Source: Actinomycetales bacterium
GTDB lineage: Bacteria > Actinomycetota > Actinomycetes > Actinomycetales > Dermatophilaceae
Direction: 5' to 3'
NCBI GenBank assembly: GCA_038230235.1
Contig: JBBRNQ010000001.1
Location: 23,918 to 87,917 of the forward strand
Length of the DNA: 64,000 nt
The translations under genes and the position numbers were made by a program. The notes beneath the pieces were generated by a model. It was not told where the DNA came from and searched no databases. It worked only from the letters and a program-made list of their open reading frames with translations. Of the stretch, positions 19,011 to 27,387 are shown in pieces. Each line of letters opens with the position of its first letter. The stretch's first letter is position 1.

Positions 19011-20255
19011 TCAGGCCTCCAGGCGCTCGATGATCGTGGCGATGCCCATGCCGCCGCCGACGCACAGGGTGGCCAGCGCGTAGCGCTGCTCGGTGCGCTC
19101 GAGCTCGTCGAGGGCGGTGCCGAGGATCATCGCGCCGGTGGCGCCCAGCGGGTGGCCCATCGCGATGGCCCCGCCGTTGACGTTGATCTTGTCCATGCTG
19201 ATGCCGAGGTCCTTGCTCAGCTTGAGGGGGACGGCCGCGAAGGCCTCGTTGACCTCGTAGACGTCGATGTCGTCGGGGGTGAGGCCGGCACGGCGCAGCA
19301 CCTTCTCGGTGGCGGGCGTGGGGCCGGTGAGCATGATCGTCGAGTCGGAGCCGGTGACCGCCGTCGCGACGATGCGTCCGCGGGGGGTCATGCCGGCCGC
19401 GGTGCCCGCCTCGCGGGTGCCGATGAGCATCAGGGTCGCGCCGTCGACGATGCCGGAGGAGTTGCCGGCGTGGTGCACGTGCTGGATGCGCTCGACCCAG
19501 TGGTACTTCTGCAGGGCGACGGCGTCGAAGCCGACGTCAGCGCCGAGTCGGGCGAACGACGGCTTGAGCGAGGCCAGGGTCTGCGTCGTCGTGCCCGCCC
19601 TCACGTGCTCGTCGTGGTCGAGCACCAGCACCCCGTTGGCGTCGCGGACGGGGACGACCGACCCGTCGAAGAGGCCCTTGTCCCAGGCGCGGGCGGCGAG
19701 CTCCTGCGAGCGGACGGCGAACTCGTCGACGTCGGAGCGGGTGAACCCCTCGATGGTCGCGATGAGGTCGGCGCCGATGCCCTGGGGCACGAAGCCGGTG
19801 TCGTAGTTCGTCGCGGGGTCCTCGGCCCAGGCCCCGCCGTCGGAGCCCATGGTCACCCGTGACATCGACTCGACCCCGCCGGCGAGGACCAGGTCCTCCA
19901 TACCGCTCATGATCTTGTGGGCCGCGAGGTTGACCGCCTCGAGCCCGCTGGCGCAGAAGCGGTTGACCTGCAGGCCCGCCACGGTGTCGGGCAGGCCGCC
20001 AGCCAGGGCCGCGATCCGCGGCAGCACAGAGCCCTGCTCGCCGATCGGGGAGACGATGCCCATGACGATGTCGTCGATGGTCGCGGGGTCGAGGCCGGGA
20101 TGACGCTCCCGCACCGCGTGGATGAGCCCTACGACGAGGTCGATGGGCTTCGTCCCGTGCAGGGAGCCCGAGGCCTTTCCCCGCCCACGGGGGGTGCGGA
20201 CGGCGTCGAAGATGAGGGCGTCTGTGGCGGGCAAGGGGGCCTCCGGGGCTGTCAA
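19011..20255 (-). CDS. fadA: Acetyl-CoA acyltransferase (thiolase)
   Basis: [15 protein letters not shown] (active Cys), [21 protein letters not shown]; TTG start. Confidence 0.94.
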   Translation of the reverse strand: MTAPEAPLPATDALIFDAVRTPRGRGKASGSLHGTKPIDLVVGLIHAVRERHPGLDPATIDDIVMGIVSPIGEQGSVLPRIAALAGGLPDTVAGLQVNRFCASGLEAVNLAAHKIMSGMEDLVLAGGVESMSRVTMGSDGGAWAEDPATNYDTGFVPQGIGADLIATIEGFTRSDVDEFAVRSQELAARAWDKGLFDGSVVPVRDANGVLVLDHDEHVRAGTTTQTLASLKPSFARLGADVGFDAVALQKYHWVERIQHVHHAGNSSGIVDGATLMLIGTREAGTAAGMTPRGRIVATAVTGSDSTIMLTGPTPATEKVLRRAGLTPDDIDVYEVNEAFAAVPLKLSKDLGISMDKINVNGGAIAMGHPLGATGAMILGTALDELERTEQRYALATLCVGGGMGIATIIERLEA

Positions 20256-20284
20256 CGATGACCATCACTGGCTGAACAGTCATT

Positions 20285-20313
20285 AACCTAGGAAGCCGTT
20301 CCACGCTTGTCAA
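20285..20313 (-). promoter_or_regulatory. Consensus sigma70 promoter TTGACA-N17-TAGGTT driving the fadA operon
   Basis: Minus strand reads ttgaca agcgtggaacggcttcc taggtt. Confidence 0.75.
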
Positions 20314-20359
20314 GGGGAGGATCTTGACGGCGCAGTGGTGAAGGTGCGTTAATCCCGAG

Positions 20360-21580
20360 GTGACTCAGGCAACTCGGCCCCGGCCGCCCCGTACGGCGCC
20401 CGACGGTGTCGCACCGGGAGCCGGCCGCCGCGCCCAGGTCCTCGAGGCGGCGGCCGTCGCCTTCGGACGGCGAGGGTACGCCGCAGTCGGGCTGGGCGAC
20501 ATCGCCGCTGCGGTCGGCATCTCCGCCCCGGCGCTCTACCGGCACTTCCCGGGCAAGTACGCCCTCTTCGCCGAGGTCGCGCAGGTCGAGATGGCGACTC
20601 TCGTCGCCGCCGCCGACGCCGTGCCGGACCCCGACGACCTCCAGGCGGTGCTGCACGCGATCGCGACGACCACGCTCGCCCACCGGCTGCACGGCAGCCT
20701 CTACCGCTGGGAGGCCCGCTTCCTCGAGCCCGACGACCGTGAGCGGCTCCGGGCGACGACCCGGCGTCTGCGGGCCGCGGTGTCCGTACCCCTGCGACGA
20801 CGGCGTCCCGAGCTCGACGAGCGGGATGCGGCGCTGCTGGCCGCCGCCGGCCTCGCGGTCATCGCCAGCGTGGGGGCCCACCGGGTCGTCACCCCCGACC
20901 TCGCCGACCTCGTCACGGAGCTGGCCCTGTGCGCGCTCGAGACGTCGTTGCCCAGCGCGCCGGTGTCCCGGCTCGAGGTGGCCCCCGTGGCCACGCCCCC
21001 CTGGCAGGTCGGGCTCGAGGCCACCTCCAAGCGGGAGCGCCTCGTGACCGAGGCCGTCAAGGCCTTCGAGCGCCACGGCTACCTCGGGGCGACCCTGGAG
21101 CAGATCGGGGGCGCCGTGGGGCTCACCGCGTCCGCGGTCTACCGCTACGTGCCGACCAAGGCCGCCCTGCTGGCGGCCGCCTTCGCGCGCACCCAGGTGC
21201 AGCTGTCGGCGGTGACCTCTGCGGCGCTGGCCGATGCGAGCAGCGCCGACGAGGCCGTCGACGCCCTGGCCTCGGCCTACGTGCTGCTGTGGTTCCAGCA
21301 GCCGGAGGTCATGAGCGTCTGGGGCTCCGAGGCTGGACACCTCGGGGACGACGAGCGTGACGAGCTGCGCGCGGCCCAGCGCGACCACGTCGAGGTGTGG
21401 GTGAGGGTGACCCAGGCCCGCGCCCCCGGGCTCGACCCCGTCGCCGCCCGGCTGCGCGTCCACGCCGCCCTGACGGTGGTCGCCGACACCGGCCGGCTGC
21501 TGCGTTTCGACCGTCGACCCGAGGTGCGGGCGCGGGTGGTGGCGCTCGTGCGCTCCGTCCTTCTCGCCCCTGGTCCGTGA
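20360..21580 (+). CDS. Double (tandem) TetR-family regulator
   Basis: Two HTH units: GYAAVGLGDIAAAVGISAPALYRHF and GYLGATLEQIGGAVGLTASAVYRYV. Confidence 0.9.
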   Translation: MTQATRPRPPRTAPDGVAPGAGRRAQVLEAAAVAFGRRGYAAVGLGDIAAAVGISAPALYRHFPGKYALFAEVAQVEMATLVAAADAVPDPDDLQAVLHAIATTTLAHRLHGSLYRWEARFLEPDDRERLRATTRRLRAAVSVPLRRRRPELDERDAALLAAAGLAVIASVGAHRVVTPDLADLVTELALCALETSLPSAPVSRLEVAPVATPPWQVGLEATSKRERLVTEAVKAFERHGYLGATLEQIGGAVGLTASAVYRYVPTKAALLAAAFARTQVQLSAVTSAALADASSADEAVDALASAYVLLWFQQPEVMSVWGSEAGHLGDDERDELRAAQRDHVEVWVRVTQARAPGLDPVAARLRVHAALTVVADTGRLLRFDRRPEVRARVVALVRSVLLAPGP

Positions 21581-21679
21581 CGTCGTCCCACCCCGACCCT
21601 GATCGCGCTCACCCTCCGCCCATCCCTCCCCCACCACTCACAGCCCTTCCGCCCTTCCCATGCTCAAGGAGACCGACCG

Positions 21680-22822
21680 ATGTTGCTCGAGCTCACCGAC
21701 GACCAGCGTGACTTCGCCGCCGCCGTGGCCGACTACTGCCGCAAGGAGGCCGGCACCCGCGAGCAGCGCTCCACGCTCACCGATGGCGGTCGTATGCACC
21801 ACAACCCTGACGTGTCCGCGCAGATCGCCGGGCTCGGGTGGCCAGGCATCCGCGTGCCGGAGGAGTACGGCGGCCAGGGGGGAAGCCATGTCGACATGTG
21901 CCTCCTGCTGGAGGGGACGTCGTACGGCATGCTGCCTGTCGCGGGCATGGGCGTGACCCTCATCGTCGGCAACGCCGTCGCCCGCTTCGGCAGCGAGTCG
22001 CAGAAGGAGCTGCTGCTGGGCAGCATCGCCGCCGGTGAGTCGCACTCGATCTCGATGTCGGAGCCCGGTGCCGGGTCCGACGTGGGCGCGCTGACCTGTC
22101 GCGCCGAGCGCACGGAGACGGGCTGGCGCATCAACGGGCAGAAGACCTGGTGCTCGAACGCGCACTACGCCAGCCACCTGCTGCTGGTTGCCCGCACGTC
22201 GCGCGAGGGCGGCAAGCACGAGGGCATCACCATGTTCCACGTGCCGATCCCCTCTCCCGGCCTCGAGGTCCGCGGCATCTCGACCCTGGGCGGCACCGAG
22301 GTCAACGACCTGTTCTTCACCGACTGCGACCTGCCGGCCGACGCCGTGATCGGCGAGGTGGGGCAGGGCTGGCGCCAGCTGATGTCGGGGCTCAACACCG
22401 AGCGGCTCATCCTCGGGGGCCTGATGATCGGCCTGGCCCAGCGGGCCTTCGACGACTGCCTCGAGTTCGTCTCCTTGCGTGAGCAGTTCGGCCGCAAGGT
22501 GGGGTCGTTCCAGGTGCTGCGCCACCGTCTCGCCGACCTCGCGACCGAGATCGAGGCCACCCGGCTGCTGGTCTACGCGGTCGCGCGGGCGGCCGACCGG
22601 GAGCCCGACCGGGTGCTCGCCCGCGAGGCGTCGATGGTCAAGCTGAAGTCGACCGAGGTCGCCAAGAAGATGGCCATCGAGGGCATGCAGATGATGGGTG
22701 GCTACGGCTACGCCACCGAGTTCGACATGGAGAAGCACCTGCGGTCGGCGATCATCTCGACCGTCTACGGCGGCACCAACGAGATCCAGCGCGACATCAT
22801 CGGCAAGACCTTCGGCCTCTGA
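21680..22822 (+). CDS. Acyl-CoA dehydrogenase
   Basis: SEPGAGSD, NGQKTWCSNA, LNTER, REQFG, QMMGGYGY, YGGTNEIQR. Confidence 0.94.
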   Translation: MLLELTDDQRDFAAAVADYCRKEAGTREQRSTLTDGGRMHHNPDVSAQIAGLGWPGIRVPEEYGGQGGSHVDMCLLLEGTSYGMLPVAGMGVTLIVGNAVARFGSESQKELLLGSIAAGESHSISMSEPGAGSDVGALTCRAERTETGWRINGQKTWCSNAHYASHLLLVARTSREGGKHEGITMFHVPIPSPGLEVRGISTLGGTEVNDLFFTDCDLPADAVIGEVGQGWRQLMSGLNTERLILGGLMIGLAQRAFDDCLEFVSLREQFGRKVGSFQVLRHRLADLATEIEATRLLVYAVARAADREPDRVLAREASMVKLKSTEVAKKMAIEGMQMMGGYGYATEFDMEKHLRSAIISTVYGGTNEIQRDIIGKTFGL

Positions 22823-22835
22823 ACGGCCCCCTTGG

Positions 22836-22887
22836 GTAGCCGAAGAATCACCTCAACCTCCGGAGGTTGAGGTGATTCCTTGGCTAC
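22836..22887. repeat. Perfect 34-bp palindrome (22845-22878) with imperfect extension
   Basis: gaatcacctcaacctcc|ggaggttgaggtgattc, flanked by gtagcc...ggctac. Confidence 0.92.
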
Positions 22888-22948
22888 GTAGTGGGGGGAG
22901 GGGCTTCCCAGGGTGAGGTACGGGGCCGGGGTTTGGGATGCTTCATCG

Positions 22949-23710
22949 GTGACCACCCCCGATGTCTCGCCCAAGGACCGCTTCGTCACCGTCTACGGCC
23001 GCAACCCCGTGATCGAGGTGCTCGACGACCACTCGGTGACAGTCGACAAGGTCGTGCTGGCCGAGGGCGCCCGCGGTCCCGGCGTCGGCGAGATCCTCGG
23101 TCTGGCCCGCGACCGGGGCGTGCCGGTGCACCGGGCCAGCGCCGAGCGGGTGAAGAAGCTCGCCGGCAACGGCCGTCAGGACCAGGGCGTCTTCGCCGAT
23201 GTCGTCGCCCCGCGGATGCGCCCGCTCGCCGACGCCCTCGACGACCCCACCCTGCGCCGGGTGCTGCTGCTCGACGGCATCACGACCCCGGCCAACGTCG
23301 GCATGATCCTGCGCACGGCGACCGCGGCCGGCATCGACGGCATCGTCGTTCCGCGCAAGGGCGTCGCGTCGCTCGACCCCATGGTGGTCAAGGCCTCCGC
23401 GGGCGTCGCCTTCCGCGCCCCGATCCTCAAGTGCTACACCGCCGCCGAGGCGGCCGACCGGCTCACGGCGGCCGGCTTCCACCTCGTCGGTCTCGACGGC
23501 GGCGCGCCCACGAGCCTCTTCGAGGCCGAGCTGCCCGAGCACGTGTGCCTCGTGCTGGGCAGCGAGACCTCCGGCATCGGCGAGGAGGTCGCCGAGCAGG
23601 TGCGCACCTGGGTCTCCATACCGATGGTCGACACCGTCGACTCGCTCAACGTCTCGGCCGCCGCCGCCGTGGTCTGCTTCGAGCTGGTACGACGCGCCGC
23701 CGGCGCCTGA
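22949..23710 (+). CDS. TrmH/SpoU-family RNA methyltransferase
   Basis: YGRNPVIE, NVGMILR, LVLGSETSG, SLNVSAA. Confidence 0.9.
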   Translation: MTTPDVSPKDRFVTVYGRNPVIEVLDDHSVTVDKVVLAEGARGPGVGEILGLARDRGVPVHRASAERVKKLAGNGRQDQGVFADVVAPRMRPLADALDDPTLRRVLLLDGITTPANVGMILRTATAAGIDGIVVPRKGVASLDPMVVKASAGVAFRAPILKCYTAAEAADRLTAAGFHLVGLDGGAPTSLFEAELPEHVCLVLGSETSGIGEEVAEQVRTWVSIPMVDTVDSLNVSAAAAVVCFELVRRAAGA

Positions 23711-23752
23711 GTCGCGCCCCGCCAGAACCCGACCCGATGTGGCCATGTTCTG

Positions 23753-24289
23753 CTAACCCCACTTCCCGGCGAGCGCCCGCACCACCTTCACGTCGCGCAG
23801 GGTGCTGACCCGTCCGGTGATCTTCTCGACCCGCGCGTTGCTCAGCCGGGCCTCGTGGGACGACTTGGTGAACCACACGACGACGTGCGCCCCGACGACG
23901 AGCGCCCGCTCACCGCCGACCTCCCACCCGGCGAGCTCGGCGGCCGCGTCCTCGCTCGGCTGCGCGTCGAGGAAGCACACGTAGGTGCGGGCCTCGCGGC
24001 CCAGCGGCGACTCCATGGCGTCGACCTGCTCCGCCACCGACGCCAGGTCGGCCGTGGTGCGGGCGAGGCACGGGATGTCGAACCCGAACTCCTCCGAGAG
24101 CAGGCGGCCCACCTTCGTGCCCACTGAGGAGGCACTGCGCAGGCCGGTCGTGACGCGCACGTTGCCGGAGTTGATGTGGGTCACGACGTCGTGGAAGTCG
24201 TTCTCCGACAACAGCTCTCGTACCCGCTCCATCTTCACCCGCCGCTGCCCGACGTTGACGGCGCGCATGAACACGGCATACGTGGGCAT
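23753..24289 (-). CDS. DUF1697 family protein
   Basis: YAVFMRAVNVG, VVTHINSGNV, TLRDVKVV. Start could be 24298. Confidence 0.85.
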   Translation of the reverse strand: MPTYAVFMRAVNVGQRRVKMERVRELLSENDFHDVVTHINSGNVRVTTGLRSASSVGTKVGRLLSEEFGFDIPCLARTTADLASVAEQVDAMESPLGREARTYVCFLDAQPSEDAAAELAGWEVGGERALVVGAHVVVWFTKSSHEARLSNARVEKITGRVSTLRDVKVVRALAGKWG

Positions 24290-24373
24290 GAAGCCCATCC
24301 TGCCGTACGGGACCCACCCAACGGCGGTGGTAGCGGGTCGATTCGTCGGTGCCGGTGCCGCTGCCGGGCCCTG

Positions 24374-25249
24374 TCAGGGCAGGGTGAAGGTGCCCCTGCC
24401 GAGGTCGAGCACGGTGCCACCCACCGTCACCACGCCCTCGGCCGTCACCTCGAGGTGGAGCTGCGACGGCCGGGAGACGGCGGACCCCTGGTGGACGAGC
24501 AGCGACAACCCGTCTGGATCGTGCGCCTCCCGAGCCCGCAGCCACCCCCCGAGGTTGGCGCACGCGGACCCGGTCGCCGGGTCCTCGAAGAACCCTCCCC
24601 CCTCGGCCACCACGAAGCGGGCCTCGATCTCTCCGGCACCCCTCGTCGCCCACACCAGCACCTGCACCATGCCGGCGCGCGACCGCGCGTGCTGCCCGAG
24701 CAGGTGCGGCACCGGGGCGAGCCGACGCACCGCCTCGGTGGAGACGAGCGGGACGACGAGCTGCTCCACCCCGGCGTCGACGAAGAGCGCGTCCTCGCCG
24801 AGGTCGGCCACCGTGAGCCCCAGCATCGCGGCCAGCTCGGCTCGACCTGCCTCGGGCGGGCGCACGCTGGGCGTCACGGCCGTCGTGAGGGTCCAGTGGG
24901 CGGGCCCGTCGCCGACGCTGCGTACGACCGGCACGCGTCCGGCCGGGAGGACCAGCGTCACGGCGTCGGCACCGCCGAGCAGGTCGGCGACCACGCTGGC
25001 CGTGCCGAGGGTCGGGTGGCCGGCGAACGGCATCTCGTAGGCCGTGGTGAAGATCCGTACGGTCGCCTCCCGGCGGTCGGGGTCGATGTCGGTGACGAAC
25101 GTCGTCTCGGAGAGGTTGAGCTGCCGGGCGAGCGCGAGCATGGTCACCTCGTCGAGGTGCCCGGCGTCGTCGAACACCGCGAGCGGGTTGCCGGTGAGGG
25201 GGGCACTGCCCGACGTGAACACGTTGACGATGCGGTAGCTGAGGTCCAC
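24374..25249 (-). CDS. PhzF-family isomerase/epimerase
   Basis: VFT...GNPLAV, NLSETTF, RIFT...EMPFAGHPTLG, EDPATGSA. Confidence 0.92.
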   Translation of the reverse strand: MDLSYRIVNVFTSGSAPLTGNPLAVFDDAGHLDEVTMLALARQLNLSETTFVTDIDPDRREATVRIFTTAYEMPFAGHPTLGTASVVADLLGGADAVTLVLPAGRVPVVRSVGDGPAHWTLTTAVTPSVRPPEAGRAELAAMLGLTVADLGEDALFVDAGVEQLVVPLVSTEAVRRLAPVPHLLGQHARSRAGMVQVLVWATRGAGEIEARFVVAEGGGFFEDPATGSACANLGGWLRAREAHDPDGLSLLVHQGSAVSRPSQLHLEVTAEGVVTVGGTVLDLGRGTFTLP

Positions 25250-25271
25250 GGGGTCAGCCTAGGGTCGTCTC
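25250..25271. promoter_or_regulatory. Overlapping divergent -10 elements (TAGGCT minus, TAGGGT plus) for two leaderless genes
   Basis: Each hexamer lies exactly 6 nt from a GTG start; the intergenic region is only 22 bp. Confidence 0.7.
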
Positions 25272-25916
25272 GTGGACGACCAGACCCCCGACCCGAGCAC
25301 TCTCCCGTCGACCGACGGGATGCTCGTGCTCCTGCGGCACGGTGAGACGCAGTGGTCTCGCACCGGCCGGCACACCGGCCTCACCGACGTAGCGCTGACT
25401 ACGGAGGGAGAGGAGGCCGCCCGGCGCCTCGCACCGCAGCTCGCGGGTCGACCGGTCGTGCGCGTGCTGGTCTCTCCCTGGCAGCGCGCCCGACGCACGG
25501 CCGAGCTGACCGGGCTCACCGGTCTCGGCGTGCCGGTGTCGTACGACGAGCGCCTCCACGAGTGGGACTACGGCGGCTACGAGGGCCTGACCACCACCCA
25601 GATCCGCGAGCAGCACGGCAGCGACTGGACGGTCTTCGACGACGGTGTCGTGCCCGGCCACACCCCTGGCGAGACCTTGGAGCAGGTGGCCGCCCGCGCG
25701 GCCGCTGTGCTCGCCGACGTGCAGGCCGATCTGGCCCGGGGAGACGTGGTGCTCGTCGCCCACGGTCACCTCCTGCGGGTGCTGGCCGCGGTCTACCTGC
25801 AGGAGCCACCCCGCCTGGGTGCCAAGCTGCTGCTCGACCCGACCGCCCTCTGTCTGCTGGGGCGCTCGCACGGGGTGCCGGCCATCGTCCGGTGGAACGG
25901 AACCGGGACGGTGTGA
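25272..25916 (+). CDS. Histidine phosphatase family protein
   Basis: LLRHGETQWS, EWDYG, VAHGH. Confidence 0.92.
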   Translation: MDDQTPDPSTLPSTDGMLVLLRHGETQWSRTGRHTGLTDVALTTEGEEAARRLAPQLAGRPVVRVLVSPWQRARRTAELTGLTGLGVPVSYDERLHEWDYGGYEGLTTTQIREQHGSDWTVFDDGVVPGHTPGETLEQVAARAAAVLADVQADLARGDVVLVAHGHLLRVLAAVYLQEPPRLGAKLLLDPTALCLLGRSHGVPAIVRWNGTGTV

Positions 25917-25982
25917 GGCCGTGACCACTCCTGCCTGGCGAGGACGGCCGCGGGGGCCCCGTCACCTGCCCCACGGGCCAGG

Positions 25983-26729
25983 TCAGCGACCCCGGGTACG
26001 GGGCGGCTTGACCACCGTCAGCTCGTCACGCCGGGGAGGGCGCAGAGGCGACGGGGCTCCGGGTAGGTCCACCGCCGGGACGGGCTGGGGGTCGACGGCA
26101 CCCGCGCCGGATCCGGCCTCGCCGAAGACGGCGAGCGAGGTGACCGCCCCGGTGGAGAACCGCGGTCCGTAGCGCACCCCCTCGTGACCCGCTGCGGCGA
26201 AGGCGCGCGCCCAGGCCTGCGGGACGGCGTACGGCACCATCGTCTCGAGCTCGCGGGTCGCGCCGAAACGGGTGGCCCGGCGCGCGGTCAGGTCGGCGAC
26301 GCGGTGGGGCCGGGACAGGTGCAGCCGCGACACGACGGTCTCCTCGAGCAGGCTCGCCGGCACCTGCCCGGCGCCCCCGAGCACGACGCCGATGCGCTCA
26401 CGCAGGGCGACCAGGGGGTCGTCGGCGAGGTAGCACGTCCCCCGGGGTGCGGGCAGGTCGAAGCGGCCCCCCGTGCTGCTGAACCACCATGGCCCGAGGT
26501 CGCGGTGGTGGGCCCGGTGCAGGGGTGCGCGCACCGTCGCGGTGTGGGTCGGGAAGGCGTCGAGGGGCCGCGCAGGAGGCTCCTGGGCCACCCGCTCGCG
26601 GTCGAGTGCGCTCCTCGTCGGATCCGGCTCGATCGGCTCGGGGTCACCCGGCTCGATCGGCGCGGGCTCACGCGGCCCACCCGGCTCGCCTGGGTCACCG
26701 GACCTGCCGGGGCCGTGCGGAGCGCTCAC
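25983..26729 (-). CDS. RES-domain toxin (MbcT/ParT-like)
   Basis: LHRAH...WWFS, GGRFDL, GTCYLA, ALRE, GVRY; GTGA overlap with the upstream antitoxin-like gene. Confidence 0.8.
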   Translation of the reverse strand: MSAPHGPGRSGDPGEPGGPREPAPIEPGDPEPIEPDPTRSALDRERVAQEPPARPLDAFPTHTATVRAPLHRAHHRDLGPWWFSSTGGRFDLPAPRGTCYLADDPLVALRERIGVVLGGAGQVPASLLEETVVSRLHLSRPHRVADLTARRATRFGATRELETMVPYAVPQAWARAFAAAGHEGVRYGPRFSTGAVTSLAVFGEAGSGAGAVDPQPVPAVDLPGAPSPLRPPRRDELTVVKPPRTRGR

Positions 26730-27289
26730 GCCGCCCACGACGCGACGTCGGCGGTGGCGGCGGCGGTGACCCGCGCCACCGACGCCCCGGACGCGTGGTG
26801 GACCACGAGGTGGTCGACCGCGCTGTCCCCGTCGAAGACGGGAGTCGGCGTCGTCAGCCAGGTGCCCGTCACCCAGCCGTCGACCCGGGCGCGAGTCATG
26901 ATGCCGACGACGTCGACGATGCCGGCCCGCACCTCGCCCGTGCGGGCGAACTGGAACAGCGGGTAGAGCAGGTGCCCGTCGTCTGTCCGACAGGCGAGCA
27001 GGGTGCCTCGGCGCACCCGGTCGGCCAGCGCCTGTCGGCTCACCCCGAGCCACTGGCTGAGGCCGCCGGTGTCGTAGAACGGGCCGATGGCGGTGTCGTA
27101 GGGGTGCACCGATGGCAGGACCGCCACCATCCGCGCCGCCAGCTCGTCGAGGTCACCCAGCGACCGCAGGCTCCTCCCCTGCCTGGCCAGCTCGTCGGCC
27201 CGTTCCCCGAGCAGCCGCTCGACGGTGGAGAGCAGCTCACCCGTGGCGACGGCGTTGCGCTCGGTGATCGGGGTGGCTGCGTCGGTCAC
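26726..27289 (-). CDS. Putative Xre/MbcA/ParS-type antitoxin
   Basis: HTH-like YDTGGLSQWLGVSRQAL, YPLFQF, C-terminal WLTTPTPVFDG.SAVDHL; AGGAG RBS before GTG 27289. Confidence 0.75.
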   Translation of the reverse strand: MTDAATPITERNAVATGELLSTVERLLGERADELARQGRSLRSLGDLDELAARMVAVLPSVHPYDTAIGPFYDTGGLSQWLGVSRQALADRVRRGTLLACRTDDGHLLYPLFQFARTGEVRAGIVDVVGIMTRARVDGWVTGTWLTTPTPVFDGDSAVDHLVVHHASGASVARVTAAATADVASWAA

Positions 27290-27387
27290 CGGGGTCTCCT
27301 GCTGCGTCAAGGGGGTCAAGGGATACCGACAGCGTAACCGACGCCACCGACAAACACCGACGAACCCCTCCTGTGGGCGATGCGCCG

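Noticed and set aside
17200-19083. 627-aa plus-strand ORF and similar long antisense ORFs throughout the window
   Set aside because: They mirror well-supported genes on the other strand and give Arg/Gly/Pro-rich translations with no recognisable motifs.
24374-25249. Phenazine biosynthesis cluster
   Set aside because: The PhzF-family gene is isolated; no other phz genes are nearby.
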